DNA of 64,000 bases, taken from contig CAYFRR010000001.1 in NCBI GenBank assembly GCA_964345505.1, positions 13,322 to 77,321 of the forward strand, written 5' to 3'. The notes beneath the pieces are model-generated. The model had not been told where the DNA came from and did not search any database. It worked only from the letters and a program-made list of their open reading frames with translations. Of the stretch, positions 45,924 to 56,506 are shown piece by piece. Source of the DNA: an uncultured Rhodothermales bacterium. GTDB taxonomy: Bacteria > Bacteroidota > Rhodothermia > Rhodothermales > Salinibacteraceae. The translations under genes and the position numbers were made by a program. Position 1 is the first letter of the stretch. Each line of letters starts with the position of its first letter.

Positions 45924-48278
45924 ATGACGCGTTGCACGTACTGCGATATGCCCATCACCGGATCGCCCGTTCGAGGCTCAGATGGTGAGGGCACCTACTG
46001 CTGTCATGGCTGCCTCATGGCCCATGACGCCGACAGGAACGAAACGCAGCATGCAGCTGCTGAATGTCCGGCATGCTGCTCCGGGAAAGTAGCTCCGGAG
46101 CCATCAGATACGGGCGTCGATACGCTGCTATACCGCCTGATAGGGGGAGCGTTGTTCGCTGTCTTCATCATGGTGCTCAGCCTGGCAGTGAGCACACGGT
46201 ACGGGTTTGGCGCTCTCCAAACCCTCAGCCACGATGTATCGACGGCCCACTGGATCCTGCTGGCTGCATCTATTCCTGCGTTGCTGCTATTGGGTATTCC
46301 GGTGGTGAAGGGGGCGTGGCAAGATCTTAAGGAGAAGCGCCTCACCCTGCACGTCCTATTTACGCTTGGCGCCGCGAGTGCGACGGTGGTTAGCCTGGCT
46401 TCCTATATTCGAGGCGCCGGGCCGGTGTATCTGGAAACCGCTGTCATGTTGTTGGCCCTTTTTACGGTGGGCCGCTACCTGGAGGCGCGCGCAAAAAACC
46501 GCACGACGCGGGTGCTGCGCTCGCTGTTACGGGTGCCTACACAAATGTACGAGCGCATAGCACCGACGAAGCAAGAAGTGGCGCCGGAAGAGATTCGTGA
46601 AGATGACTGGCTCCGTATTCAGCCGGGCAACGTGTTTCCCGTTGACGGGGAGGTGCTCACCGGGGAGAGCTTTGTGGACGAGAGCAGCCTTACGGGTGAA
46701 TCGCGCCCTGTACGGAGAGAAGCAGGAGAACCGGTGTATGCAGGCACCAAGAATCTGGATGGATTGCTTACCGTGCGGGTTACGGCTACGGGTGCGCGCC
46801 GACGCCTGGCCCGGATCGAGGCGACCATGCAAAACGCCATGGCTCAGCCGTCGGCCCTGACGCAACAGACCAACCGCGTCCTTCAGTGGCTGATACCCGG
46901 GGTGGTTGGGCTGGCCCTCTTGACCTTTGGGGGTTGGTACCTGGCGGCGGGTTATGAGCGCGCGCTGTACGCTGCCCTGAGTGTCGTGCTTATCGCGTGC
47001 CCCTGCGCGCTGGGCCTGGCCATCCCGCTCGCGCACACGGCAGCCATAGGTACCGCTGCGCGACACGGGGTGCTCTTTCGCTCGGGAGAAGTACTGCACA
47101 AGCTCCGTGATGTGGGCGCTGTGCTCTTTGACAAAACCGGAACGCTCTCGAAGCCCGAAAAACAGGAGATTCAGGTGCGGCCCCTTGCTACGCAGGGCGA
47201 CGGCGCACCGGTAGACGATCAGCGCCTCCTTCAGCTTGTGGCTGCTCTGGAGGCGCAGATCGACCATCCTCTCGCGCGTGCGATCGCCGCCGCCGTCCCG
47301 GCGGGCCCGACCGCAGCGCATGCAGTGACCGCCGCTAAAACAATACCTGGGGCGGGCGTTGTGGGAAGCGTCGTGGAGGGCGAGCGCGAGGTAGCCGTCG
47401 GCATCGGCAACGAGGCGCTGCTGCACCACTTGAATGCGACGCCGTCACCTACGGCTGGCACAGCGCCCCATGTAGATCGCATGGTGGATGAGATAGAGGC
47501 TGAAGGGCGCACTCCGCTGTTTATTACGATAGACGGGGCGGCCGTCGCGCTGCTGGTGATAGAGGAGACCATGGCGCCTGAGGCGGTAGAGGCGCTGCGC
47601 GAGTTGGAGCAGTTAGACCTGACCGTGCACGTCGCCACGGGCGACCGCGAGGCAGCAGGGCGGCGAGCTGGCGTCCTGCTCGATACCGTGGTACACGCGG
47701 GCCTGTCGCCCGACGAAAAGGTCGCGATGCTCCACACATTGCGACAGTCCCACGGAGCTGTGGCGGTGGTAGGAGATGGCGTCAACGATGCTGCCGCGAT
47801 GGCACATGCTGACGTCGGCTTTGCCCTCACCTCCGGGGCAGAGCTTACGGTTGATGCTGCCGACATCGCGCTCTACAACAGTGACCTGCGCAACGTGGGC
47901 AGGTCCATGCGCCTGGCCATCCGCACCGATCGCGTGGTGCGCCAAAATCTGGCGTGGACGGCCTTGTACAACACGGTCGGCCTTGGACTTGCCGTCGCAG
48001 GTCTCCTGCATCCCATCGCCGCGGTCGCCATCATGATCGGCAGCAGCGCGCTCGTCACGTGGAACGCGCTGCGCCTGCGCCGGGGGTGGAAAGACGGCGA
48101 TGATGCCGCGGTGACCGGCGGCTCAGCCGCTGCCTCCAACGGTCACGCATCGCCACCCGCGGCCACGGAGGAGACGCCGGCGGAACGCGATCAGGCTACA
48201 GTTGCGCCTGCATCGCCGACACCGCCAGCGCATCCGCCTGAATGTTGCGCTCATCATCGGCGTGCCCCTTCACCTTGA
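45924..48278 (+). CDS. ccoI: heavy-metal (Cu) translocating P-type ATPase, CcoI/FixI-like
   Basis: N-terminal Cys-rich CTYCDMP..YCCHGCL, plus CPCALGLA, DKTGTLS and GDGVNDAAAMA. Low-complexity A/P-rich tail overlaps rnhA. Confidence 0.9.
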   Translation: MTRCTYCDMPITGSPVRGSDGEGTYCCHGCLMAHDADRNETQHAAAECPACCSGKVAPEPSDTGVDTLLYRLIGGALFAVFIMVLSLAVSTRYGFGALQTLSHDVSTAHWILLAASIPALLLLGIPVVKGAWQDLKEKRLTLHVLFTLGAASATVVSLASYIRGAGPVYLETAVMLLALFTVGRYLEARAKNRTTRVLRSLLRVPTQMYERIAPTKQEVAPEEIREDDWLRIQPGNVFPVDGEVLTGESFVDESSLTGESRPVRREAGEPVYAGTKNLDGLLTVRVTATGARRRLARIEATMQNAMAQPSALTQQTNRVLQWLIPGVVGLALLTFGGWYLAAGYERALYAALSVVLIACPCALGLAIPLAHTAAIGTAARHGVLFRSGEVLHKLRDVGAVLFDKTGTLSKPEKQEIQVRPLATQGDGAPVDDQRLLQLVAALEAQIDHPLARAIAAAVPAGPTAAHAVTAAKTIPGAGVVGSVVEGEREVAVGIGNEALLHHLNATPSPTAGTAPHVDRMVDEIEAEGRTPLFITIDGAAVALLVIEETMAPEAVEALRELEQLDLTVHVATGDREAAGRRAGVLLDTVVHAGLSPDEKVAMLHTLRQSHGAVAVVGDGVNDAAAMAHADVGFALTSGAELTVDAADIALYNSDLRNVGRSMRLAIRTDRVVRQNLAWTALYNTVGLGLAVAGLLHPIAAVAIMIGSSALVTWNALRLRRGWKDGDDAAVTGGSAAASNGHASPPAATEETPAERDQATVAPASPTPPAHPPECCAHHRRAPSP

Positions 48279-48630
48279 CCCAGTGCACGTCGTGCCGGTC
48301 CACTTCCTTCAGTAGGGCCTTCCACAGGTCTTGGTTTTCAACCGGCTTCTTGGAAGAGGTCTTCCAGCCGTTACGCTGCCATTTATTGATCCACCGGTCC
48401 GTGAAGGCCCGGGACAGATACGCGCTGTCCGTGTGGATGTGAACCTCCGTAGGCTCATCGAAGTGCCGCAGGGCCTCCAGCGCGGCCGTCATTTCCATAC
48501 GGTTGTTGGTGGTGCGCTTCGCGGATCCCGCGAGGCTCACATTTTCATCGCCGTAAACGATAGCTCCCCAGCCGCCGGGGCCGGGGTTTCCACTACAGGC
48601 GCCGTCAGTGTATACAATAACTTTCTCCAC
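48196..48630 (-). CDS. rnhA: ribonuclease HI
   Basis: VYTDGACSGNPGPGGWGAIV, NNRMEMTAALEAL, HTDSAY and HVHWVKVKGHADDE. Confidence 0.9.
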   Translation of the reverse strand: MEKVIVYTDGACSGNPGPGGWGAIVYGDENVSLAGSAKRTTNNRMEMTAALEALRHFDEPTEVHIHTDSAYLSRAFTDRWINKWQRNGWKTSSKKPVENQDLWKALLKEVDRHDVHWVKVKGHADDERNIQADALAVSAMQAQL

Positions 48631-48812
48631 AGACCCTCAGCGATCAGGTAAAAAATAACAGTGTGCGATGCCGCCAACGTATCGCAACGCATGGAGAGCG
48701 TCCAGTAGGGTGGCCTGCAATGCGCGAAAACTTGACAGGCAACGCACTCGTTGATAGATGCCACATACAGAAAGCGATCGCGCATCACCCGTTCACTTGC
48801 TGAAGACGCCTT

Positions 48813-49844
48813 ATGAAATTTGTTGATTATGTGACCATCACCGTTCGCAGCGGCAGCGGCGGGGCCGGGGCGGTGACGTTTCGGCGAGAAAAGTTCGAGC
48901 CTCGTGGCGGACCCAGCGGAGGCGATGGCGGGGCCGGGGGCTCGGTGATCCTGGAAGCCGACTCCAACCTGTATACGCTGCTCGACCTTCGGTACAACCG
49001 CCATCACTATGCTGAAAGCGGAGAGCCGGGGCAAAGCAACAACCGGCAGGGCAAGAGCGGCGAAGACATTGTGCTGGGCGTACCGCCGGGTACGGTCGTT
49101 ACGGATTCGAACACCGACGAGGTGATGGGTGAGCTGCGGGAGGAGGGCGACCAGCTCACCGTGGTGCAGGGCGGCCGTGGGGGCAGAGGCAACACATTCT
49201 TTAAGTCGGCCACTAACCAGGCGCCCCGAAACGCCCAGCCGGGCGAGCCGGGCGAGGAGCGGGAAATCACCCTGCAGCTGAAGCTGCTGGCGGATGTGGG
49301 GCTCGTAGGGAAGCCTAACGCGGGTAAAAGCACACTCGTCTCTGCGCTGTCTGCGGCCAAGCCCAAGATCGCCGACTACCCCTTCACCACGATGGAGCCG
49401 GCCCTCGGCGTGGTCTATCTGGATGACTACAAGTCCTTCGTAATGGCCGACATCCCGGGTATCATTGAAGGCGCACACGCAGGGAAAGGCCTCGGCCACC
49501 AGTTTCTGCAGCACATCGAGCGCAACGCGGTCCTGCTGCTCGTCATTCCGGTGACGGATAAAGACCTGCAGGGCACGTACGAGACCCTGCTGCATGAGCT
49601 CGCCGCCTACGACCGCACCCTGCTGGATAAGCCCCGCATGATCGCGCTTTCCAAGATTGACGTGCTACCCGCAGAGGAGCAGTCCATCCTGATGGACACC
49701 GTCCGCGACTACTTTCCGGAGGAAGAGACGGTGCTGCCCATCAGCGCCGTGGCGCGAAAAGGCCTCACGCCGCTCGTAGGTCGGCTCTGGGAGGCCATCC
49801 AGGCCAACCGGGAAGCAGAGGCGGCTGCCGCTCCGTCGTCATAA
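48813..49844 (+). CDS. obg: GTPase Obg/CgtA
   Basis: MKFVDYVTITVRSGSGGAGAVTFRREKF, Gly-rich Obg fold, G1 GKPNAGKST, G3 DIPG. Confidence 0.95.
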   Translation: MKFVDYVTITVRSGSGGAGAVTFRREKFEPRGGPSGGDGGAGGSVILEADSNLYTLLDLRYNRHHYAESGEPGQSNNRQGKSGEDIVLGVPPGTVVTDSNTDEVMGELREEGDQLTVVQGGRGGRGNTFFKSATNQAPRNAQPGEPGEEREITLQLKLLADVGLVGKPNAGKSTLVSALSAAKPKIADYPFTTMEPALGVVYLDDYKSFVMADIPGIIEGAHAGKGLGHQFLQHIERNAVLLLVIPVTDKDLQGTYETLLHELAAYDRTLLDKPRMIALSKIDVLPAEEQSILMDTVRDYFPEEETVLPISAVARKGLTPLVGRLWEAIQANREAEAAAAPSS

Positions 49845-49956
49845 AAAGCCTACGCTGTGTTGAGGAAGACCTGCGTCCTTTCGTGCGTGCGGCTTTCGTA
49901 AGCTGGTTGTATATTGGGAAGGTGTCCCCGGTACGTTCTCCCAGTCTCGGCCTATT

Positions 49957-51111
49957 ATGACGCGCGAGCTATTTGCTGATGCCCCCGGTCCGTTGGAAGA
50001 GCGGGATGCGATGATTGCCCTGTCGATGGTGCCGGGCGTGGGCCCGGGGCGCTTGCGGGCCTTGGTAGCGCTCTTTGGGTCGGCACAGGCGGTGCTCGCG
50101 GCATCGCCGCGCGCTTTGCGGGACGCCCCCGGCATTGGGCCGCAGACGGCGCAGGCTATTCGGGCCTTCGACGACACGGACGCGGTGGCTGCGCAAGTGG
50201 CCCAGGCCGAGCGCGTCGGTGCTTCGTTGTTGCTGGGCTGGGACGAGCAGTTTCCGCGGCTGCTGCGGGAAATCTACGATCCGCCAGCGGCGCTGTGGGT
50301 GAGGGGCGCGTTGCCCCCAGCCGAGGCGCCGATGATGGCGATCGTGGGGTCGCGCAAGTGCACCGACTACGGCCGGCACCTGGCTCATGACCTCGCGCAA
50401 GAACTGGTGCAGCGCGGCTACACGATCGTAAGTGGGCTGGCCTACGGCATCGACGCCGCGGCCCATCAGGGTGCCGTGGCTGCAGGTGGCCGGACGATAG
50501 GGGTGCTGGGGAGCGGGGTCGACGTGATCTATCCCGCGCGACATGCAGACCTGGCGCGGCGTATGCTCAAGCACGGCGCCCTGGTGTCGGAGTACCCCTT
50601 AGGCGCTGCGCCTGACGCGCCCAACTTCCCGCGGCGCAACCGCATCATCAGCGGCATGAGCGCAGGCGTGCTGGTCGTCGAATCCGGCGAGACGGGCGGC
50701 TCCCTCATCACCGCACGGCTGGCGCTGGAGCAAAACCGCGAAGTGTTCGCCATCCCCAGCCCCGTGCACAGCGCCTCTGGTAAGGGTACGAATCGGCTTA
50801 TTCAGCAAGGGCACGCCAAGCTGGTGATGACGGTAGAAGACATCCTTGATGAGCTTCCGCCGCCAACGCGCAGGGTACCAGAGGGCACCGAGGACTCCGC
50901 CGCCCCGGAAGCGCCCGCGCCCCGCGACCTCTCAGCGCTCAACGACGTCGAGCGCCGCCTCTACGAAGCCCTCGAACCTACCCCGCTCCACATTGACGCG
51001 ATCTGTGAGCGATCGGACCTGGACGCGTCCGACGCACTCGTTTACTTGCTGAACCTTGAGTTCAATGGCCTCGTTCGGCAGATGGCAGGCAAGCAATTCA
51101 TGCGCACATAA
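49957..51111 (+). CDS. dprA: DNA-processing protein DprA/Smf
   Basis: SGLAYGIDAAAHQGAV, FPRRNRIISG and a C-terminal winged-helix-like domain. Confidence 0.9.
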   Translation: MTRELFADAPGPLEERDAMIALSMVPGVGPGRLRALVALFGSAQAVLAASPRALRDAPGIGPQTAQAIRAFDDTDAVAAQVAQAERVGASLLLGWDEQFPRLLREIYDPPAALWVRGALPPAEAPMMAIVGSRKCTDYGRHLAHDLAQELVQRGYTIVSGLAYGIDAAAHQGAVAAGGRTIGVLGSGVDVIYPARHADLARRMLKHGALVSEYPLGAAPDAPNFPRRNRIISGMSAGVLVVESGETGGSLITARLALEQNREVFAIPSPVHSASGKGTNRLIQQGHAKLVMTVEDILDELPPPTRRVPEGTEDSAAPEAPAPRDLSALNDVERRLYEALEPTPLHIDAICERSDLDASDALVYLLNLEFNGLVRQMAGKQFMRT

Positions 51112-51121
51112 TCCCGTACCG

Positions 51122-52258
51122 ATGACGCTCGACGCGCTGCGGCAGCAGTTTCCCCACACGCAGGAGACCATCTACCTGAACCATGCGGCCACCGGACCGC
51201 TGAGCCGGCGGGCCATGGACGCGATGCAGAAGCACCTGCAGGAGCGGCACACGGGGGTGATTGATAACTTTGAGGAGGTGCTACCGCTGTTGGAGGATAC
51301 CCGGGCGCGGTTTGCTGCCCTTATCGGTACGTCGGCCGAGCGTGTGGCCCTCATGCCCAACACCTCCTACGCGCTGAACGTGCTGGCCGAGGGCTATCCC
51401 TGGGCGCCGGGGGACCGCGTAGCCATGCCGGGCTGCGAGTTTCCGGCGAACGTGTACCCCTTCATGAACCAGGGCGACCGTGGCGTAGCGATCGACTTTA
51501 TTCCGCATACCGAGGGCACCTTCACCCTCGATGACGTAGAAGCCACGCTTACCCCGGAGACGCGGCTGCTGACCGTCAGCTGGGTGCAGTTCCTGTCCGG
51601 TTTTGCCGCCGACCTCGACGGGATCGCCCGCCTCTGCCGGGCGCACGATGTGCTCCTGTGCGTGGACGCGATCCAGGGGATGGGCGCCCGCACGCTGGAT
51701 GTGGAAGCGCTGGGCATTGACTTTCTGGCATGCGGGGGGCACAAGTGGCTGATGAGCGCGCAGGGCACGGGCTTCCTGTACTGCACTGAGGCGCTCCAAG
51801 AGCAGCTGCGCCCGCAGGCCGGCTGGTTGCACGGGCCGGTGGACTGGGAAGACTTCTTTGCGTACGACCTCGGGTTTCACCCGGATGCGCGGCGGTACCA
51901 CCTCGGCACCATGAACACGGCTGGCTTCATGGCCATGCGGGGCGCGCTGGGGCTGTACGCCGAGGCCGATCCGGAGGCGTGCCAGGAGCGGATCCTGTCG
52001 CACACGCGCTATCTCCACGAAGAGCTGACCGCGCAGGGCTGGGCGCGGTACGGCAGTGCCGACCCGGCCCATGGCAGCGGCATTGTGACGGTGCAGCACC
52101 CGGATGCCACCGGGGCCGCGAGCGCCCTTAAGGAGGAAGGCATCATCGCCTCGGTGCGCAACCGGATGCTGCGCCTCGCGCCCAGCTACTACAACACGAA
52201 GGCCGACCTGGACGCCGCGCTTGACGTCCTCAGCCGACACGCCAGCGTCCCTGCCTGA
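51122..52258 (+). CDS. class V aminotransferase (cysteine desulfurase/selenocysteine lyase-like)
   Basis: YLNHAATGPL, DAIQGMG and ACGGHKWL (PLP Lys). Start at MTLDALRQQF (51122). Confidence 0.85.
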   Translation: MTLDALRQQFPHTQETIYLNHAATGPLSRRAMDAMQKHLQERHTGVIDNFEEVLPLLEDTRARFAALIGTSAERVALMPNTSYALNVLAEGYPWAPGDRVAMPGCEFPANVYPFMNQGDRGVAIDFIPHTEGTFTLDDVEATLTPETRLLTVSWVQFLSGFAADLDGIARLCRAHDVLLCVDAIQGMGARTLDVEALGIDFLACGGHKWLMSAQGTGFLYCTEALQEQLRPQAGWLHGPVDWEDFFAYDLGFHPDARRYHLGTMNTAGFMAMRGALGLYAEADPEACQERILSHTRYLHEELTAQGWARYGSADPAHGSGIVTVQHPDATGAASALKEEGIIASVRNRMLRLAPSYYNTKADLDAALDVLSRHASVPA

Positions 52259-52315
52259 TAGGATAGCCGTCATGTAGCATCAACCCCTCACCGTTTGGCC
52301 TGCCGCCCGTACCCT

Positions 52316-53404
52316 ATGTCCACCTACACCGGTCAGGAAACCACCACGATCACGCTGCAGGTACCAGACGGCTACCGGGAGCAGGGCCGCCTCGACAAGT
52401 ACATCACCCGGTTCGTCGAAAACGCCTCGCGGACGAAGGTGCAGAAGAGCATCGACGCGGGGCTGGTGGAGGTTGACGGTGCGGTCGTCACAAAGGCGGC
52501 TCACACCGTGGAGGCTGGTGCTACCATCGTGTGTACGATCCGCCGCCCGCCGCCACCACAGGCCCTCCCGGAGGATATTCCACTGGATGTGGTGTTCGAG
52601 GATGACTACCTGATCGTGGTGAACAAGGCCGCTGGGATGGTCGTGCACCCGGCGTACGGCCACCGCAGCGGCACGCTGGTCAACGCGCTGCTGCACCATG
52701 TGGAGGGGGAGGCGCTGGAGGTGGAAGCGCTGGAAGACCCCGACGACCTTGACGACGAGACCATCGGGCTCTCCGTAACGAACGCCCTACCGTCCCGCGC
52801 CGGCGACCCCGCCATCCGCCCGGGGATTGTGCATCGGCTCGACAAAGACACGTCGGGGCTGCTGGTAGTCGCGAAGGATGACGTCACGCATCGGGGCCTG
52901 GCGCAGCAGTTTCAGGCCCACACCACGCGGCGGCAGTACCTCGCCCTGGTGTGGGGAGTGCCAGAGCCGCCCTCCGGCACCGTCGATGAGCCGCTGGGCC
53001 GTGATCCGCGCGACCGCAAGCGCATGGCTGTGGTGGCTCCGGGCCAGGGGAAGGAAGCCCGTACCCACTACGCCACGGTGGAGGCCTACGCCCACACAGC
53101 CCTGCTGCGCTTTCAACTGGAGACCGGGCGCACCCACCAGATCCGGGTGCACGCGCAGCATCTGCGCCATCCCGTGCTGGGCGATCTTACCTACGGCGGA
53201 ACCACCATTCGCTACGGGTCGACGGGCCGGTCCCGTCGCGCGTTTTTCGAGCGGCTGTTCGCGACCCTGCCGCGTCAAGCGCTGCATGCGCACACGCTCG
53301 GCTTTACCCATCCACGGACCGACGCTTCCATGGATTTCTCCGTGGATCCTCCGGACGATTTTCTTTTCGTCAGGGACGAACTCCAACGCGTAGAGGGCAG
53401 CTAA
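52316..53404 (+). CDS. rluD: RluA/RluD-family 23S rRNA pseudouridine synthase
   Basis: S4-like N-terminus (RLDKYI), catalytic HRLDKDTSGLLVVAK, THQIRVH. A start at 52295 is an alternative. Confidence 0.9.
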   Translation: MSTYTGQETTTITLQVPDGYREQGRLDKYITRFVENASRTKVQKSIDAGLVEVDGAVVTKAAHTVEAGATIVCTIRRPPPPQALPEDIPLDVVFEDDYLIVVNKAAGMVVHPAYGHRSGTLVNALLHHVEGEALEVEALEDPDDLDDETIGLSVTNALPSRAGDPAIRPGIVHRLDKDTSGLLVVAKDDVTHRGLAQQFQAHTTRRQYLALVWGVPEPPSGTVDEPLGRDPRDRKRMAVVAPGQGKEARTHYATVEAYAHTALLRFQLETGRTHQIRVHAQHLRHPVLGDLTYGGTTIRYGSTGRSRRAFFERLFATLPRQALHAHTLGFTHPRTDASMDFSVDPPDDFLFVRDELQRVEGS

Positions 53405-53531
53405 CCGACGCCGCACGCGGGTCGCTTTAAGTCCGAACATCCGCAGGAAGGACACGTTTTCTACGACATTGCTCTCATGCGGTATCGCCCCGCCTGCCTT
53501 ACTCACCAGCCGCTTCTCGCACCTCCTGCTA

Positions 53532-54020
53532 ATGAACTCCACGGACACCGTCGCCATCAGCGACTTGCTTTCAGAAGAACGCATCCACGTTAGTCTGCCC
53601 GCCACGTCGCGCGAGGACGTGATTCACATGATGGTGCAACTGTTGGAGGACCATCCGTGCGTGACGGACCTGGAGCAGGTGCGGGAAGATGTCATCGAGC
53701 GCGAGCGGATGATGTCGACCGGGGTAGGCAAGGGGTTGGCCCTGCCGCACGCCAAGACCGCCGGGGTGACCGAGACGATCGGGTGTTTCGCTGTCATGGC
53801 CCGGCCCATCGATTTTGATGCGATGGACGAAGAGCCGGTCCGGCTGGCGTTTATGCTGGCCGGCCCCGAGGCCTCTCGGTCGAAGCACATCAAGATCCTC
53901 AGCCATATCTCGCGGCTGCTCAACCGGAAGCGGCTGCGCAAACGCATCCTGAACTGTGATGAAGCGGCAGAAGTGCTCGCCTTGTTTGCTGAGGAAGAAG
54001 ACGCACCCAAGCCTTCGTGA
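53532..54020 (+). CDS. ptsN: PTS EIIA(Ntr)-type protein (PtsN-like)
   Basis: ISDLLSEERI.. and GVGKGLALPHAK (phospho-His). Start at MNSTDT (53532). Confidence 0.8.
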   Translation: MNSTDTVAISDLLSEERIHVSLPATSREDVIHMMVQLLEDHPCVTDLEQVREDVIERERMMSTGVGKGLALPHAKTAGVTETIGCFAVMARPIDFDAMDEEPVRLAFMLAGPEASRSKHIKILSHISRLLNRKRLRKRILNCDEAAEVLALFAEEEDAPKPS

Positions 54021-54206
54021 CAGGCAGCACGCTGACAGGTAATACCTTGCCAGACTGCCCGTACTGCGGCGGGGGCGCCTCACACAAGCGGTGCAATCGC
54101 GAGTACCCCATGGTCCAATGCGTTTCCCCTGCGCCCGCGTGCTCGGTCCAGACGAACGCACGAGGGTTTCTCCATCGCTCTTCTTTCCCATACGTTTCCC
54201 TGCTTC

Positions 54207-55514
54207 GTGAACACTGACTTTCAGTCCATTAAAGGGACTTTCGACATTCTCCCGGACACCGCGACCACCGACGGCGCCAGCCACGCCCCGACAAACACCT
54301 GGCGCTATGTTGAGCGGGTGGTGCATCGGGTGATGGCCCGCTTCAACGCGGAGGAGATCCGCACGCCGGTGCTGGAGCCGACGCCGCTGATTGCGCGGGG
54401 CATCGGGGCCTACACGGATATCGTGTCGAAGGAAATGTTTGCGTTTGAGCGGGGCGACACGCAGTACGTGCTGCGTCCTGAGGTGACGGCCCCGGTCATG
54501 CGGGCCTACCTGCAGCACCACCTGGATCAGCGCGGGGGCGTGCAAAAGCTGTATTATATTGGGCCCTGCTTCCGGGCGGAGCGTCCACAGAAAGGACGCT
54601 ACCGACAGTTTCACCAGTTCGGTGCTGAAATCATGGGCACCGCCGACCCTCGCGCCGACGCCGAGTGCATTGCGATGATGCAGGCCATCTACGACGAGGT
54701 GGGGCTCACGGACCTGACGCTGCGCCTCAACTCGGTAGGCAACCCGCCCAGCCGCGCCCGCTTCGTGGAGGCCCTGCAGGCGTACCTGCAGCCGTACCAT
54801 GAGGAGCTCTCCGAGACCTCGCGGCAACGCCTCGAAACGAACCCGCTGCGCATCCTGGACACGAAAAACGAGCACGAGCAGGAGATCCTACACGAGGCGC
54901 CTGTGCTGCTTGATTTCTTGGATCAAGAAAGCCGCGCCCATTACGACACGGTAAAAGGGCTGCTGGATGATCTGGACGTCGCATATACTGAAGATCCGAC
55001 GCTGGTGCGCGGGTTGGACTACTACACGCACACGGCGTTTGAGCTGGAGAGCGATGACCTGGGCGCGCAAAGCGCATTAGGCGGCGGGGGGCGGTATGAC
55101 CTGCTGGCGCAAGAGCTGGGCAGCAAGCAGCCAGTCCCATCCATCGGGTTTGCCTCCGGCATCGAGCGGCTGCTGCTGGCCATGGAAGCGCAAGAGGTAG
55201 CCGTGCCCGCGAAGCCGACCGCAGACGTCTTCCTTGCGGCGCTTGGCGACGACGCAGAGCGATGGGTCTTTCGCTGGGCGCAGCAGTTGCGCGCGGAAGG
55301 GCTGGCCGTGGCACTGGACCTGCGTGGCCGTTCCCTCAAGGCGCAGATGAAAGAAGCCAACCGGCAGAAAGCGCCGTATACCCTAATCATCGGCGGCGAC
55401 GAACTGAACTCCGGTCGGGCCTCTGTGAAGGAGATGGCCACGGGCGAACAGGAGGAGGTAGCCTTTGACGCCCTGGTGGACTATCTGAAGGGCCGCCTGC
55501 CTGTGACCGCTTAA
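54207..55514 (+). CDS. hisS: histidine--tRNA ligase
   Basis: KGTFDILP, LRPEVTAPVMR, YYIGPCFRAERPQKGRYRQFHQFG and GGGRYD. GTG start. Confidence 0.95.
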   Translation: MNTDFQSIKGTFDILPDTATTDGASHAPTNTWRYVERVVHRVMARFNAEEIRTPVLEPTPLIARGIGAYTDIVSKEMFAFERGDTQYVLRPEVTAPVMRAYLQHHLDQRGGVQKLYYIGPCFRAERPQKGRYRQFHQFGAEIMGTADPRADAECIAMMQAIYDEVGLTDLTLRLNSVGNPPSRARFVEALQAYLQPYHEELSETSRQRLETNPLRILDTKNEHEQEILHEAPVLLDFLDQESRAHYDTVKGLLDDLDVAYTEDPTLVRGLDYYTHTAFELESDDLGAQSALGGGGRYDLLAQELGSKQPVPSIGFASGIERLLLAMEAQEVAVPAKPTADVFLAALGDDAERWVFRWAQQLRAEGLAVALDLRGRSLKAQMKEANRQKAPYTLIIGGDELNSGRASVKEMATGEQEEVAFDALVDYLKGRLPVTA

Positions 55515-55546
55515 CTCGATCTGCGACGTGAAGGGTAGGAGCCCCG

Positions 55547-56506
55547 ATGTATCCTCGACTCAGTGATCTCACGCAGGACCTGTTCGGCGTCACCGCACCG
55601 TTCCCGATCTACTCGTTCGGGGCGCTGGTGGCGGTGGCGGCGCTCGTCGGGGCATGGCTCACTGGGCGCGAGCTGGATCGCCTGTACCGGGCGGGCCGCA
55701 TTGCAGGGGTGGACATGATAGATGCCGATGCTCCATCCGACGCCCCACGGACGGTACACGTGTCGCCTTCCGTCCTGGTCAGCACGGGTCTGCTGTTGAC
55801 GATCGTGCTGGGTATTGCCGGGGCCAAAGTCTTCCATGTGCTGGAGAACATGGGCGCGTTCTTGGACGACCCTGTGGGCATGCTCTTTACCTCCGGCGGA
55901 CTCACCTTTTACGGCGGGTTTCTGGTCGCGGGCCTGGGGGTGGCGTACTACATCTGGAGCAAAGGGCTGTCCGTACCGACGTTCGCCGATGCGTGCGCCC
56001 CAGGCCTCATGATGGGCTACGGCATCGGACGGATCGGCTGCCACCTCGCGGGCGATGGTGACTGGGGCATTGCGGCCGACCTGACCCTGAAACCAGACTT
56101 CATTCCGATGTGGCTCTGGGCGGAGACGTATCCCAACAACATCCTCGGCGTGACGCTGCCGGAGCCGGGCGTGTATCCGACCCCGCTGTACGAGTTTGCC
56201 ATGGCCAGTGTGTTGCTCTTTGCGGTGCTCTGGGGCGCGCGGCGGCATCCGTTCCGGAGCGGCTGGCTGTTCTCCCTGTACCTCGTTCTGGCCGGGGGCG
56301 AGCGCCTGCTGATCGAACAGATCCGCGTGAACGTCACCTTCGACGTGTTTGGGGTGATGGCCACCCAGGCCGAGGTCATCTCAGTGGGCCTGATGGTCGC
56401 CGGTGCCATCGGCCTGTGGCTCACTACCAAGGAGTGCGTACCGCCCGACCGAACGCAGGAGGCACCTGCTGGTGCAGGGCCCGCTGCCGTATCCTCATCC
56501 ACATGA
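55547..56506 (+). CDS. lgt: prolipoprotein diacylglyceryl transferase
   Basis: Polytopic protein; FYGGFL, GRIGCHLAGDG, YPTPLYE and GGERLLIEQIR. Confidence 0.9.
   Translation: MYPRLSDLTQDLFGVTAPFPIYSFGALVAVAALVGAWLTGRELDRLYRAGRIAGVDMIDADAPSDAPRTVHVSPSVLVSTGLLLTIVLGIAGAKVFHVLENMGAFLDDPVGMLFTSGGLTFYGGFLVAGLGVAYYIWSKGLSVPTFADACAPGLMMGYGIGRIGCHLAGDGDWGIAADLTLKPDFIPMWLWAETYPNNILGVTLPEPGVYPTPLYEFAMASVLLFAVLWGARRHPFRSGWLFSLYLVLAGGERLLIEQIRVNVTFDVFGVMATQAEVISVGLMVAGAIGLWLTTKECVPPDRTQEAPAGAGPAAVSSST

Noticed and set aside
48537-49595. 352-aa minus-strand ORF
   Set aside because: It lies antisense to obg, whose identity is unambiguous. Composition is biased and no motifs are present.
53571-54875. 434-aa minus-strand ORF
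   Set aside because: It spans the ptsN-like and hisS genes on the opposite strand. It is a shadow ORF.
56110-56502. N-terminal 131-codon extension of the decarboxylase ORF
   Set aside because: It lies entirely inside lgt in another frame and is Arg/Gly/Pro-rich. A start at the ATG at 56503, overlapping the lgt stop, is far more plausible.
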